From assembly GCA_964658305.1 (NCBI GenBank), contig OZ210884.1, positions 8,246,001 through 8,310,000 of the forward strand: a stretch of 64,000 nucleotides of DNA. Reading direction: 5' to 3'. A program made the position numbers and the translations under genes. Positions 1 to 12,729 of this stretch are shown here, one piece after another. Each line of letters begins with the position of its first letter. Position 1 is the first letter of the stretch. The notes under the pieces were generated by a model. That model worked only from the letters and a program-made list of their open reading frames with translations, was not told where the DNA came from and did no database searches. This DNA is from Leptogorgia sarmentosa. Taxonomy: Eukaryota.

Positions 1-1150
1 AATCCTGTAAACATTGTCACTTCTCCAATCTTTCTTTGGAGCAATATATCGGATGGAAGAGACATCGAAGGTGATAAGAAATCAACATAAGGAGTAGATA
101 CCTCAGGAAGAGTTGGCATGATAACAAATAACTCTATCTTGCTATAGTTACCGAGTTTCTAACGAAGTAAGTAGTAATCCTGTAAACATTGTCACTTGTC
201 CAATCTTTCTTTGGAGCAAGATATCGGATGGAAAAGAGACATCGAAGATGATAAGAAATCAACATAAGGAGTAGATACCTCAGGAAGAGATGGCATGATA
301 ACAAATAACCCAATCTTGCTATAGTTACCGAGTTTTCTAGCGAAGTAGAAAGTAATCCTGTAAACATTGTCACTTGTCCAATCTTTCTTTGGAGGAATAT
401 ATCGGATGGAAAAGAGTCATCGAAGGTGATATAAAAAATCAACATAAGGAGTAGATACCTCAGGAAGAGATGGCATGATAACAAATAACCCAATCTTGCT
501 ATAGTTACCGAGTTTTCTAGCGAAGTAGAAAGTAATCCTGTAAACAGTGTCACTTGTCCAATCTTTCTTTGGAGGAATATATCGGATGGAAAAGAGACAT
601 CGAAGGTGATATAAAAAATCAACATAAGGAGTAGATACCTCAGGAAGAGATAGCATGATAATAAATAACCCAATCTTGCTATAGTTACCGAGTTTTCTAG
701 CGAAGTAAGTAGTAATCCTGTAAACATTGTCACTTGTCCAATCTTTCTTTGGAGCAATATATCGGATGGAAAAGAGACATCGAAGGTGATAAAAAATCAA
801 TATAAGAAGTAGATACCTCAGGAAGAGTTGGCATGATAACAAATAACTCTGTCTTGCTATAGTTACCGAGTTTTCTAACGAAGTAAGTAGTAATCCTGTA
901 AACATTTTCACTTGTTCAATCTTTCTTTGGGGCAATATATCGGATGGAAAAGAGACATCGAAGGTGGAAAAAAATCAACATAAGGAGTAGATACCTCTGT
1001 AAGAGATGGCATGATAACAAATAACCCTATCTTGCTATAGTTACCGAGTTTTCTAACGAAGTAAGTAGTAATCCTGTAAACATTTTCACTTGTTCAATCT
1101 TTCTTTGGAGTAAACAATTGCATGGAAGAGAGATCGAAGGTGATAAAAAA
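1..1150. repeat. Tandem satellite, 175-180 bp unit, ~6.4 copies (runs off the window start)
   Basis: The anchor AATCCTGTAAACA recurs at 1, 176, 354, 534, 714, 892 and 1070, and the units are near-identical. Confidence 0.95.
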
Positions 1151-1794
1151 ATTCACTTATCGTTGTTCAACTTAAAGAATAGATATATAAGGAAGAGAAG
1201 GGATGATTACAAATGGCTTTATCTGGCTATAGTTGCTAGGATTTCTTAGGAAGGGGTATGTTAATACTATTATTAGCTCACTTTCCCTACTGGCAACTGG
1301 AACTCGAAATATCGTATCAATTGCGAAGATCTTCAATTGATCCTGGTACCACAGCAACATGATTGGATAGTAATCTGTTATCATATGAGATGGTGATTTC
1401 TAATTCTAGTAGTGCACGGAACTATTTGCTCCCATTAACCATAAATTATGTAACTTTACAATAAGTCATTTCCTCAATATTCACATCTCTCCAATGTTTT
1501 TCGACTGCATTTCCTTGTCTGACATGTGTTTTATGTCCTCCAATTTTTGGAAGCAAAAGGAACGAATATGACGATTTTTTATCTTTTCAAAACTCATTAA
1601 CGAATCAGAATCGTTGAATTATAGTCAGGAATTGATAACAATGAAATTTGATTCCTACCATCATAAATAATTTCAGATTAGGATACATAATCAATGCCAT
1701 CATATTACTGCTTCAAAGCCACTTTCATTCAGAATATTAATAGAGACTTGGCTGATCCAATTATAGCCAGAATGACTAATACCAAAGTTGATTG

Positions 1795-2320
1795 AATCCT
1801 ATAAACACTGTCACTTGTCAAATCTTTCTTTGGAGCAATATATCGGATGGAAAAGAGACATCGAAGGTGATAAAAAAATCAACATAAGGAGTAGATACCT
1901 TGGGAAGAGATGGCATGATAACAAATAACCCTATCTTGCTATAGTTACCGAGTTTTCTAACGAAGTAAGTAGTGATCCTGTAAACATTGTCACTTGTACA
2001 ATCTTTCTTTGAAGCAATATATCGGATGGAAAAGAGAAATCGAAGGTGATAAAAAAATCAACATAAGGAGTAGATACCTCAGGAAGAGATGGCATGATAA
2101 CAAATAACCCTATCTTGCTATAGTTACCGAGTTTTCTAACGAAGTAAGTAGTGATCCTGTAAACATTGTCACTTATCCAATCTTTCTTTGGAGCAATATA
2201 TCGGATGGAAAAGAGATATCGAAGGTGATAAGAAAATCAACATAAGTAGTTGATACCTCAGGAAGAGATGGGATGATAACAAATAACCCCATCTTGCTAT
2301 AGTTACCGAGTTTTCTAAGG
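1795..2320. repeat. Second array (~3 copies) of the same ~179-bp satellite
   Basis: Same unit (…cacttgtccaatctttctttggagcaatatatcggatggaaaagagacatcgaaggtgat…). It ends in the same flank as the first array (aggaaggggta.gttaata…actggaact.gaa.tatcgtatca at ~1248-1320 and ~2318-2390). Confidence 0.93.
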
Positions 2321-4674
2321 AAGGGGTAAGTTAATATCACTACTAGTTAAACTTTCACTTCTGCGAACTGGAACTTGAATTATCGTATCAGAACGGTATT
2401 TGTTCTTTGATGGTAATTGGCATTGAATAGAGTGGTAATTAGCGTGGTAAAAAGATACAACGGCACACTGTCTACAAATCACATGAGCCGGCAAAAGACT
2501 GGGACAAAGTGATGGCAGAGGGTAAATCCGTTACTAGCGAATTTTTCAAATAAGTTGTAGCATGTCACAAAATAGCCGCGTTTTACACAATCACACTGTA
2601 TTTCCACGAAATGGTGGATGCAAAGTAATACTGTTTCTGGGTAACGTGTTGGACAAGTGGAGGGTATGAATTTGGACGTTTTCTAATGCTTCATATTAAG
2701 GAACTAATACTGAAACAAGTGATCATGAACACTGAAAAAAAGCCTTAACCAAGCAATACTTATAAAAATTATAAAAATTATTTGAATGTGTACAAAGTAG
2801 AAAATTATCTCCTGGTCGCAGGTCAAGGAAGACCTATAAAACATTAATGAATCTTTCATAAGGGAAAAATTATGCGAAGCGAAAATAACAAAGAATTATT
2901 TGTTTGAGATTTTCCGACCTAAGTATGTATGTATCTATCTGGCTAAATATAATATAAAATATATTTTTATTGGATTCATTATAATTATATAAGCAATTAA
3001 TACTTCTAATTGGATGTGAAATGAAAAGAAAAGATGCGGTTCCCAAGTCACGTGCTTCCTCCTGGTCTGGATTGCCGCCATATTTAGCCGCCATTTTCAT
3101 TTACATATATAATATACAGTAACCCATTGGAATTGGAAGAAGTTCGAGAATGCATCATTCTCGAATTGACAAAATTCTAATGAAGAAATTTCGTAACTTT
3201 ACTAAGAAATTTCTTTCAATTATCACATCTGGAATGACAGCAAAATCAATTTGTCATGCATGCTAATTGTCTTCATGCATTTTAGCTTTCATCTGGTTGT
3301 GAAACCTATCTTCTGGTTGATAAGACATTGATAATGAGAATGCAGGCAAAATCATAAAATGTGGAGGTACAGTTATGTGAAGTTTGCACATTTTCTACAA
3401 CTTTTGTATTACGCGCGAAAAAAAGCGTCACCACCGATTTTGAAAAGCTTCAAAGAATCCATTCACGAGACATTAGCATTCATGAGATATTGATTTTGCT
3501 ACTTAATAGAGCGGCCAAGCCAAACTGCATGTCACCGGACGACATGAAAAAATTTTCAAAACATTTTCAGTCTTTTTAGTGATTGTAAGATGGCGTAGTC
3601 AAATCAAAATACCTCGTATAGGATGGGGCCATAATCATACAAAACGCAGGTATATGTGACTTTTCTTTGATGAAAACAAGTTGTGCAGCATATAATTATT
3701 GTGCACCAAACAATGGTTTATTGTCTTCAAAAAAATCTTCAAATAATGTATCGTATGTTTTTATAATAGAGCTTTTTACCACTGATAAAAATGGGTACGC
3801 AAAGCGACGTGTTCCTGAACCAACAAAATTTTCAACAGAACTTTTATTAAATTTGATTCTTTCATGGCGAAATATTCGGGAATTATATCATTTTAACTTG
3901 AGTAAAATTCTCAGAACGATGCGAAAAAACCGTACAAATATTACGTAATAGAACCACAATATTATGAGATAAATTTAATTACAAAATGTAGACACGATGT
4001 CACAACTTTTGTTGATAACGTAATTTCTTTAAAGAAGATAACGATGGTTTCTCCTAATGGTCCCTGGTTGCGTTCATTAAAGAAAAGTCCAAATAGCCGC
4101 ATGTTCTATGATTACCCGTCCCAGTCCTTTTTTAAGTCCCCGCAATTCGCCTTCGAACTTTTGAATTACACTAAATTTGTAATATTTGTTGCAGGAACAA
4201 GTTTCAGTAAAACCTTTTGATCACAATATATTTCTTTAGCATGTTTCTAAAAGCTTCGGAAGTATAGGCCAGTATACTTTTAAACGAGGATAAAGATGGC
4301 AGAAATGAACTTGCAAAAGCAAACCAATTAATTGAAAGGAAAAATATATCTGGTGGTTTATCCTTCAACTTGTTCTTGCAACACTGGACGGCTTTTGACA
4401 TTTTTTGTTTGAAAAAATTTTTCCGTTTACTACGATCAAATCTCACGGCTGTTGTTCATATCCCACATGCATGGATGGGGCGTTGAAATCCCTCAAGTGC
4501 GTCATAGTTCATAAACTCATTAAAAATGCCGTCAATCAAGTTTTCTCAATCCAAATTCAAGGAAAATCGCTCAAAACCTTTTGTTTCGACTTCAAACTTC
4601 ATGACAGCAAAGTAAAATCAATAAAACTGCCCACCTGCTCCCAAACTTTAGACTTCTATGCTTGCATGAAGTTA

Positions 4675-5288
4675 TGTATCAGTCAAATCCAAGCGTGCCC
4701 ATCCCCCCCCCCCCCCGGGCTACTGCGGGGCATTTTCCTGTCAAGCACGTCCCCGGGGTTGGGCATTTGAGCACAAACATTTGCCCGGGGGTGGGGCATT
4801 TGAAACTAAGGATTGAAGGTTTTACAACCATTGAGGCTGGATAACTTTCTTTGTAGAGCGATCTAGAGCCATAAACCGGGAAAACTAGCTTGTATAAAAC
4901 AAGTAGTTTTACATTGCCAGTGTTTATCATAGTTCTTGGAATTGAGTTTCAATTTAATGATACGACGTGGCTGTTCGTCCGGCAATTTTATCCCAAATTA
5001 CCCCAAATTATCCCTACAAATCTCTAGCGAAATATCCCTAGACTTTCTCTAAAATTGTATTATTGTCTTATCATTTTAAATATACCACTTTCTTTTCCGT
5101 TCATACATCAAATACAGTTCAACTGTCCCCGGGGTGGGGGATTTGCTACATATTTCTTGCCCCACAGCCGGGTTTTTTCATGTGTTTTTATCCCCACCCC
5201 CGGGAATTTGCCGAATATTTTGAAAAATTGTCAAAAGCCCGGGGGTTTGCCCGGGGGGGGATGGGCACGCTTGGATTTGACTGATACA
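4675..5288. mobile_element. Non-autonomous DNA transposon (MITE), PIF/Harbinger-like, 614 bp
   Basis: Perfect >30-bp TIRs: TGTATCAGTCAAATCCAAGCGTGCCCATCCCCCC … GGGGGGATGGGCACGCTTGGATTTGACTGATACA. A TTA target-site duplication lies at 4672-4674 and 5289-5291. Confidence 0.9.
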
Positions 5289-5763
5289 TTACGAAGTCAA
5301 AACAAGACCGACATGCGCACAACATGCAATAAACACACACAGAAATATTTTATCCCAACCTTTTTGTAGAGTAGGCGATGACAAAACCAACTGCTTCAGA
5401 ACGGCTAATTTACTTTCCCCCTGTTAAATATAGAAGACAAAATTAGATCGCAAATTCTGTGGCTTCAAAATCCCTGAAGTGCGTCACTCATAGTTCATAA
5501 ACTGATAAACAAGTGACGTCACGCATGCTTTTCTCACTCGAAACGCACGAAAAATCGCTCAAATTCCTTTTACTTTAACCTTAAACTTCATAATAGCGAC
5601 TTAAATTGATGAATACTCGCACATTAGTTGAAATAAATACCACAAGCGCTTTCACAAACTCTAGACTTTAACGGTCGCATGCATGACGTTTCGTCAAATC
5701 AAAACCAACAAAATGCAATAAAAATACTATTGAATCCTACCTTTTCGTGGACAAAGGCTAGAC

Positions 5764-6965
5764 CGGCTTGCAACTGCTTGGACGGCGATGGCAGGTTTCT
5801 TTCTTGTCCTATAAAATATAGAAGACAAAATTAGTTGACAAAATTGTAATTCTAAGTGTCAATATCTTACTAAAATGGTCGAAATATTTCAATCGGAATT
5901 GCTTCTAAACTCATTTTTAAATACTTATCGTTTGTACGAAAGAATGATTCATATCAAGCTCGCAAAAGCAACAGAAAAACCATTTCGGCGCCTTTGCAAG
6001 CTAGAGCCCTTAATTCGTGTCTTCGCACGGCAATTTCGAACGGCAAAACTGCCTGAAAATGCTGTAAAAATATCTGAATTTTACCTTATTTGAGATTGAG
6101 ACCATGTCATCTGTCATTCTTATCGAAAGAAAGAAAAGAAAAAACATTTTAACAAACAATAAATCAAGAAACGTAGTACGAAGTAGGTTGGGAATTAGCG
6201 CAGAGCGACAAACAACAAAAATATACAAACAACTAAACGCAGAATGTGAATTTCTACCTTTTTCAGGAACGCAGCTATGCTTTGCAACCAAATTCTTGAC
6301 ATCATGTGCTATTTCTCATCAGTTTTGGTCGGCGTTTTCCACGGCTTGCAACTGCTTGGACGGCGATGGCTGGTTTCTTTCTTGTCCTATAAAATATAGA
6401 AGACAAAATTAGTTGACAAAATCGTAATTCTAGTTGTTAATATCTTGCTAAAATGGTCGAAATATTTCAATCGGAATTGCTTCTAAACTCATTTTTAAAT
6501 CCTTATCGTTTGTACGAAAGAAAACCAAAAGGTTCGACAACATAAAACACGATTAAAACATTCAAGAATGATTCATATCAAGCTCGCAAAAGCAACAGAA
6601 AAGCCATTTCGGCGCCTTTGCAAGCTAGAGCCCTTAATTCGTGTCTTCGCACGGCAATTTCGAACGGCAAAACTGCCTGAAAATGCTGTAAAAATATCTG
6701 AATTTTACCTTATTTGAGATTGAGGCCATGTCATCTGTCATTCTTATCGAAAGAAAGAAAAGAAAACACATTTTAACAAACAATAAATCAAGAAACGTAG
6801 TACGAAGTCGGTTGGGAATTCGCGCAGAGCGACAAACAACAAAAATATACAAACAACTAAACGCAGAATGTGAATTTCTACCTTTTTCAGGAACGCAGCT
6901 ATGCTTTGCAACCAAATTCTTGACATCATGTGCTATTTCTCATCAGTTTTGGTCGGCGTTTTCCA
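5764..6965. repeat. Recent direct tandem duplication (5764-6341 and 6342-6965)
   Basis: Two near-identical copies start CGGCTTGCAACTGCTTGGACGGCGATGGC. Copy 2 has ~46 extra bp near 6522-6567. The duplicated ORFs in the track (6010/6634, 6104/6728) reflect this. Confidence 0.95.
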
Positions 6966-7469
6966 CGGTGAAGACTCAACGAACGCCCTCTTTGAACGAA
7001 GTTTGAAAAATTCTGACTTCGAAGACCCCCAGCAGCATGACGTCACACCATTTTGCGCGGAAAAAAGTTAGAACAATTTCATCGGTTTCTGATTGGTTCT
7101 GATGGATAATTTCGTTGATTTAATGAAAGCCGATAAAATTACGAACCATTCTGTTTCCCAACCCCACATCCAATGCCATTATCACAGATTTTGCTTCGCA
7201 AAACCGTCTGTCATAAGGGATAGTAATCATGTTCTGAGACATGAAGTATTATAACTTACATGAAGTATTTCAAGGATGTAAATATTAAGGTGGTTATGGG
7301 CTGATTTTGGAATGTTTCAATTTTCACAATTAATTAATATTCAATTTTTGAAACATTATTCAAGGTATTAATTCATTTGAATTGACTAATTGTTCATTAT
7401 TAAATTAAGACTTTGAATAAATTATTAATAGATCGACGTTTAGTAGTGATGAGATAAAAGTCAAATGCA

Positions 7470-10015
7470 ATGGAAGGTAAATTGAGGAAGAGATCAAAGA
7501 AAAGAAGAACTCGCAGGAAAGCCACCAACAAGAAAGATACCAGTGTAAAAAGGGACGACCAATTTTCTCTTCATGGTCAGTAAAAACTTCCACCTAAGTC
7601 TTAAACAGTGGTGTAACACAACCTCTAGTGACCCCAATGAATCGCCAGGTCCTGCACAGAGACAGAATCCAGAATCCAAGATTGGGGGAATCTGGAATCC
7701 AACATTTTTTGCTTTGGAATCCGGAATCCGAGAATCTCAGGGTTCCAGAATCCAGACTCATGGTTATAATAGAGGGAATCCAGAATCTGCTACAAGTCTG
7801 GAATCTGGAATCCACAGAGAGGAATCCAAAATCCAAGTTTGGGAATCGGACATCCAAGGTGGTGGGATCCAGATTCCAATCACAGGGATCTGGAATGCAA
7901 ATCCAAATACCTTCCAAATGATCTCACATGCAGCTAACTGTAGGCTTAACTTAATCATCTCATGAATAATCTGATCTGTTACCCTTTACTGGGCCATAAA
8001 GAATAGGCTGTATTTCTCTCAACAGTTGCAAAGCACACAATTGTAAAGTTAGCATTTATTGGAATACAATACCTGTTCTACATAACAGTTGCCTAAAGTA
8101 CATGTGTACAACTGTTTGCTTTATGTTAATACAATCAGTACATGAGATCCATTTTTCCCCTGGACCCTCTTGAATCACTGGAACTAGATCCACTTTATTG
8201 TCAATGTCCTGGGGGCTGTGAGGCTTGATCAGCCATAACTCCCACTTGAAATATATTGTTTGCAGTTGCGTCCAGTTTTTGAAAATTATGAACCCCCTGG
8301 TCTGTTAATTTCAATGTTTTAAAGTACTTTCTGGAATTTTTTCTTCAGAGGTTTCCCTTGATGATTTTGCAAATGCTCCATCGAAAGATGATGTTTTCAA
8401 AAAAGTATCTAAGAAAATGGTATCATCAACAGGTAATATCTGGAGCAAATTTATATCAAAGTACATCAGGATAAGATACCAAATAATTGTGGGCCTTGTG
8501 GCCATGTTTCAATTGACTAAACTAAACACCAAAAATCATGCAAGGTCTTGCCATGATCCCATCACCAGATCTTACCAAAAATCCAACAAGATCAAATTAT
8601 ACCTTCATGAAGATCTTGTCATGATTCCATAAAGCTTTGCATGCAGAAATCCTGCAAGATCTTACCCAAAATCCTCCAAGATCTCGTCATGATTCCACAA
8701 GATCTTTCCAAAAATCTTGCAAAGAAAAATCTTGCACGATTTTACCAAAAAATACCTTCAGGAAGATCTTGTCATGATTCCATAAAGCTTTGCATGCAGA
8801 AATCCTGCTTGATTTTACCCAAACCCTCCAAGATCTTGTCATGATTCCCCCAAAAATTAAGCATTTTTGGTGAAATCTTGCTGATTTCACTTACCAGATC
8901 TAATACCATGATTCCACATAAGCTTGCCAAAAATCCTGCAAAATCTTACCAAAATCATGGAATTCGCGTTAATGTTAGCCTGCATAAAATTTTTATATGT
9001 TCTTAGGAAATGTCAAAATGATATTTTTTCTCAATTTTTAGGCTCTTTTGCTTTACTTCGTCAGCCGGAAAAACTTGAAAATGTGAAGGAATTAGCCGAC
9101 GTTGTTAAGGCGTCAGACGACGAATCCCCTTGGTATGATCGGTTGGACATCGGGGAATCCGAAGACGAAAGCAGGGAGAGTGAAGAAGTTGACGAGGATT
9201 CAGAGTCGCTGAAAACAGACCCTGCTCTGAGTGATACTGGAAATGATGAACATACCAACATCATATGTGAGGCGTCAGTTCATCATGAGAATTGTTACCC
9301 GTTAGATTTATGGTGTATTCTGGCGAACTATATCAAACCAGAACAAATACAAACTTTTGCTAGCATTTGTCGAGGTTCGTATCAGGCTGTCAGCACAATC
9401 AGTTTCTGGTGTCGTCTATATGAACGCTTCACCCCAAATAACGCGAACTTACCTGCACGACTGAAATCAGACTGGATTGAAAGTAGAGATGGCTACAAAT
9501 GCCGTGTTGTCCGGGCCTTGTTTATAGCCTACCAGAGTCTTCATTACCAGTTGGAGCAGCTAACCTTGCAGGCGACGCGAGATACGAATGTGACTTCAAA
9601 AATTGTCGGCTTGCGTTGCTCTCGTGCCTGGTATGGAAGAAACTCAAATTCTCCGAAGACTTTTGTTTTTTATTTTAAATTTAAACTTAATGAACACTCC
9701 GCAAAGATATCTTTATGTGAATGGGATGAAAGATTTGAGTATCTAAATGCAAATAGTGAACGAGATTTTATAGTATTTAGAATAATTGTATCGAATTTTA
9801 TTCGTATACCATCTGTTTCTGGAGAGAGTCTGACCGACATTTCGGTTAACTTAAGTCGAAATCTGAGGTTTCATTGTATAAAAATGACATTTCACACTTT
9901 CCGACATGACGGAAGATATAGAAAAGGTGATGGAAAAGTGATTGTTCTTGATCCTGTTTCTGAATTTCGTTTGTTACGTTGGTGGTATCCATTGTATCCT
10001 CATTGTGGTGAATGA
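7470..10015 (+). CDS. TMEM183: TMEM183-family protein, 3 exons (7470-7575, 8349-8432, 9042-10015), ~387 aa
   Basis: Exon 3 has YPLDLWCILANYIKPEQIQTFASICR…FWCRLY…LPARL…RVVRALF and C-terminal LDPVSEFRLLRWWYPLYP, which match TMEM183A. Exon 2 has VSLDDFAN (cf. VTVADYAN) and exon 1 is a basic N-terminus. All junctions are GT-AG and phase 1/1 consistent. Confidence 0.88.
7660..7905. repeat. Degenerate (GGAATCC/AGAATCC)n repeat element in TMEM183 intron 1
   Basis: Many GGAATCC/GAATCC heptamers. The ORFs at 7573, 7594 and 7628 are artefacts of this repeat. Confidence 0.8.
8535..8960. repeat. Degenerate CAAGATCTTG/CATGATTCC minisatellite in TMEM183 intron 2
   Basis: Recurrent aagatcttgtcatgattcc and ataaagctttgcatgcagaaatcctgc (8631, 8782). 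Confidence 0.8.
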
Positions 10016-10239
10016 ATAAACGGAATATTTAAAATATATTGGTAGTTGAACTTCATGATAAAACTTCATCGTTATGCGAAGATCGACATAATTTATTTGG
10101 ATGCAAAGTGCCACAAGTCGGTAAACGACTGCTATAGCAATACAATAAATAGTTTATTCGCCTAACTTGTTCGGTCTCCACAGTGAATTACTTGACTTCA
10201 ATTAATGTGCATGTGTGCATGGCCAGTATATATAAGGAG

Positions 10240-10350
10240 CGGATAACAACCTAACATGCAATACAATAAGATTCGACCTTTCGAGCAAAGGCCTTTCGTC
10301 GGGATTTAGGGCCTTTGTTCGAAAGGTCAAATCTTATAGTATCGTTAGGT
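10240..10350. mobile_element. Inverted remnant of a short dispersed repeat resembling Penelope-like element ends
   Basis: Hairpin taagattcgacctttcgagcaaaggcc…ggcctttgttcgaaaggtcaaatctta. Related copies lie at ~19770-19835, ~20340-20410, ~31305-31350 and ~49050-49085 (cgaaacgtcga.tctta.tgtatcgtttaggt). The family assignment is inference. Confidence 0.5.
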
Positions 10351-11732
10351 AGTAGTAGTCAGATTTAATATTCAAGTTGAACTTTTTTTTATCTATTATC
10401 AGGCCCACATATCATGGTATATCATCATCAGATATTATACTGAACAAGTTAAATAATAATACAAGGTTTGGTGATAGGGTACGTGAAATCACAATACTAT
10501 TTTAAGGTCTTCATACTCATGCGTTAATTCAAGTTACAGTCATTGATCATCAAATGTATGTTGATCAATCATAAACAAAATGTATGGTTACAGTATATAT
10601 AAAATTTATTGCAATGCAGCTAATGTTTCGTTGCTACATCGCAGCATTTTTTCCATGGATGTCAGATGACTGAAATCATTGTACACACTGACACTGTCGA
10701 AAGCTAGATTCATTATTCACCTACCACACTCCCAAAGCTTATCCCAAAGCTTTTACATGGAGTAATCTGACTCAAAAGGTTTACATTATATTTATAAGAA
10801 ACCAACTACGGTAAACGAAATTTCTATCAGGAGAGAGCCTGGAACGAGGTTGAATTTCACAGGCTCGACGTATGGTTTATATTGGCGTGTCAGGTTACAC
10901 ATTGAATCATTGGTAATCGCCCACGACTATACTGCCGCATTGTTAGATTGTGAGATTATGAAACATGTCAATATTTCTCTTCTCTGTGGTTTTTATTGCT
11001 TTTACTTAACTGGATTTTGAAAAGGTAAGCAGATTTAATACATACGTAATGAAATTGACGATCAAATCGACGTTAAAATCCTTTTTATCGCGAAGTTTTT
11101 TGTTCAAGCACTTCCGTGCGCGGATCCGTTAAGTATAATTTCTAAAGAATATTGTGAACATGCATCACATTACAACTAGAGTACAACTGCAAGATGCACG
11201 CTGTTTTGATGTGGATATCTTCAAAGTCTTGGTGTACTGATAACGATATTTCACAAATGAATTATCATTCCACTGAAGTTACTAGCTCTTCAGTAAGCAA
11301 GTTCCAGCTGTCATGGACATGCGTATAAAACAGGATAAAATGCTCCACTAAAATATCTCAGATCGAATGACCTCCGGAAAAAGAAATATAGCTGTCGGTG
11401 TTTTATATATAAATTAGATTTACTGCACCGCATTTCTGTGTGTTTATTAGATTTATTCAATTTGATTTTGAAATATTTATAGCGTATATCGAGCAAAATT
11501 GGTGTAGGTATATCTGTAATTTGAGCCTAAATCCGGTAGTGCATTATTTGGGTAAATCGAATTTCACAATTTCCCCTACCCCCCGATGTGTGCAAGTGGA
11601 ATCGTGGCACTGTGTAATTAAACATTTTCATGATTTGGTAACCATAGAAAATAATCAAAACGGTCGATGCCTTCCCTGCTCGCTTTTTGCCTAGTTTATG
11701 ACAAATTTAAAAATTTAAACTACGCTTAATCC

Positions 11733-11782
11733 AAACCCTAAAATCCTAACCCTAAAATCCTAATCCTAAAATCCTAACCCTA
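11733..11782. repeat. Degenerate (CCCTAA)-like microsatellite
   Basis: aaaccctaaaatcctaaccctaaaatcctaatcctaaaatcctaaccctag. A similar tract occurs at ~55125-55230. Confidence 0.65.
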
Positions 11783-12729
11783 GCCATAAAAGTCGGAAAA
11801 ATTAATATTGAGAATAAAAGGGTTTGACTTGAAATTACTAACGCCAAAAAAGTGTCGAACCGGGGCTTGAACTATGAAACTGCGACACACGCACCGTGTG
11901 CTGAACCGTCTGAACTAATTTATATTTTGCGCTGCCTGAGAATCTTTGAAAACAAAAAATATTTATACCGGAAATGCAATATGTAACATTTAAAATGCGA
12001 GCAGGGAAGACATCGACCGTTTGGGAAGGCAACGACCGTTTACGAAAGGGAAATATGCGGTGGCGCCTGTGATTCCGCCTTTTTATCATTTAAAGTTGTC
12101 GCATGTTATCAGACCAAACAGTCAAGGGTATTTTATTGAATTTACTTCACATGCAAGTTCGCCAGTTTACATGGTATAACCCGAAGATCAACCGAGCCAG
12201 CAAAAGTTCTTACTTATTTAAAGTACTGATTCATCATGAACATTCTCAGTCGACGAACTAATACCTTTAAAAATGTTGTATAGCTATACATTTTTAAGTG
12301 TCAATTTGGCGCCATGAGGTGAGATCAGAAGAAGAATCTAAAACGGTAAAACCGTGCTATAGTTTATCGCCTAAACGATATACAAAGTTAACAGTTTCGA
12401 GCAAAGGCAAAGTATATCACATAAAGCACACACAGAAGATAAAATCAATCATAATTATAGTTTTTTACAAAAACGGAAAGTAGAAAAGTAAAGAAAAATT
12501 GTGGGCAAAAAACCCCACAATAAACACTGACATAATACCAAGTGGTGTGCTCGGTACCAAGTTTGGGAATTCTGTATTTCATATCCCAGTTATTTCATTA
12601 GCATCATTGCATTTTTAATTAGTATTTCAACTTTATTAGGCAAATTCCGCAAATATAAATGTCTTCCAATGTGTTGAAAAGCCCACTTCCATTTTTCATA
12701 TTAATTCACTTTAATTTATAGATTGAGTG

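Noticed and set aside
134..935. 207-aa and 172-aa minus-strand ORFs with 60-aa repeats
   Set aside because: They arise from 180-bp satellite monomers. Neighbouring monomers of 175-179 bp break the frame, and no domain is recognisable.
1..2320. Satellite as a CRISPR array or retrozyme
   Set aside because: There are no unique spacers, the context is eukaryotic, and I found no CTGANGA…GAAA hammerhead core in the monomer.
8924..9041. N-terminal extension of ORF 8924-10015
   Set aside because: It starts at TTG within an intronic repeat. The real exon begins at the acceptor 9041/9042.
11733..11782. Interstitial telomere or chromosome-fusion site
   Set aside because: Too short and degenerate. Similar CCCTAA-like tracts occur elsewhere (~55125-55230), as expected for repeat-borne microsatellites.
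12465..12575. IRF/NF-kB-like motifs upstream of the NLR-like gene
   Set aside because: The matches are imperfect (GAAAgtaGAAA, GGGAATTCT) and expected by chance in A-rich DNA.
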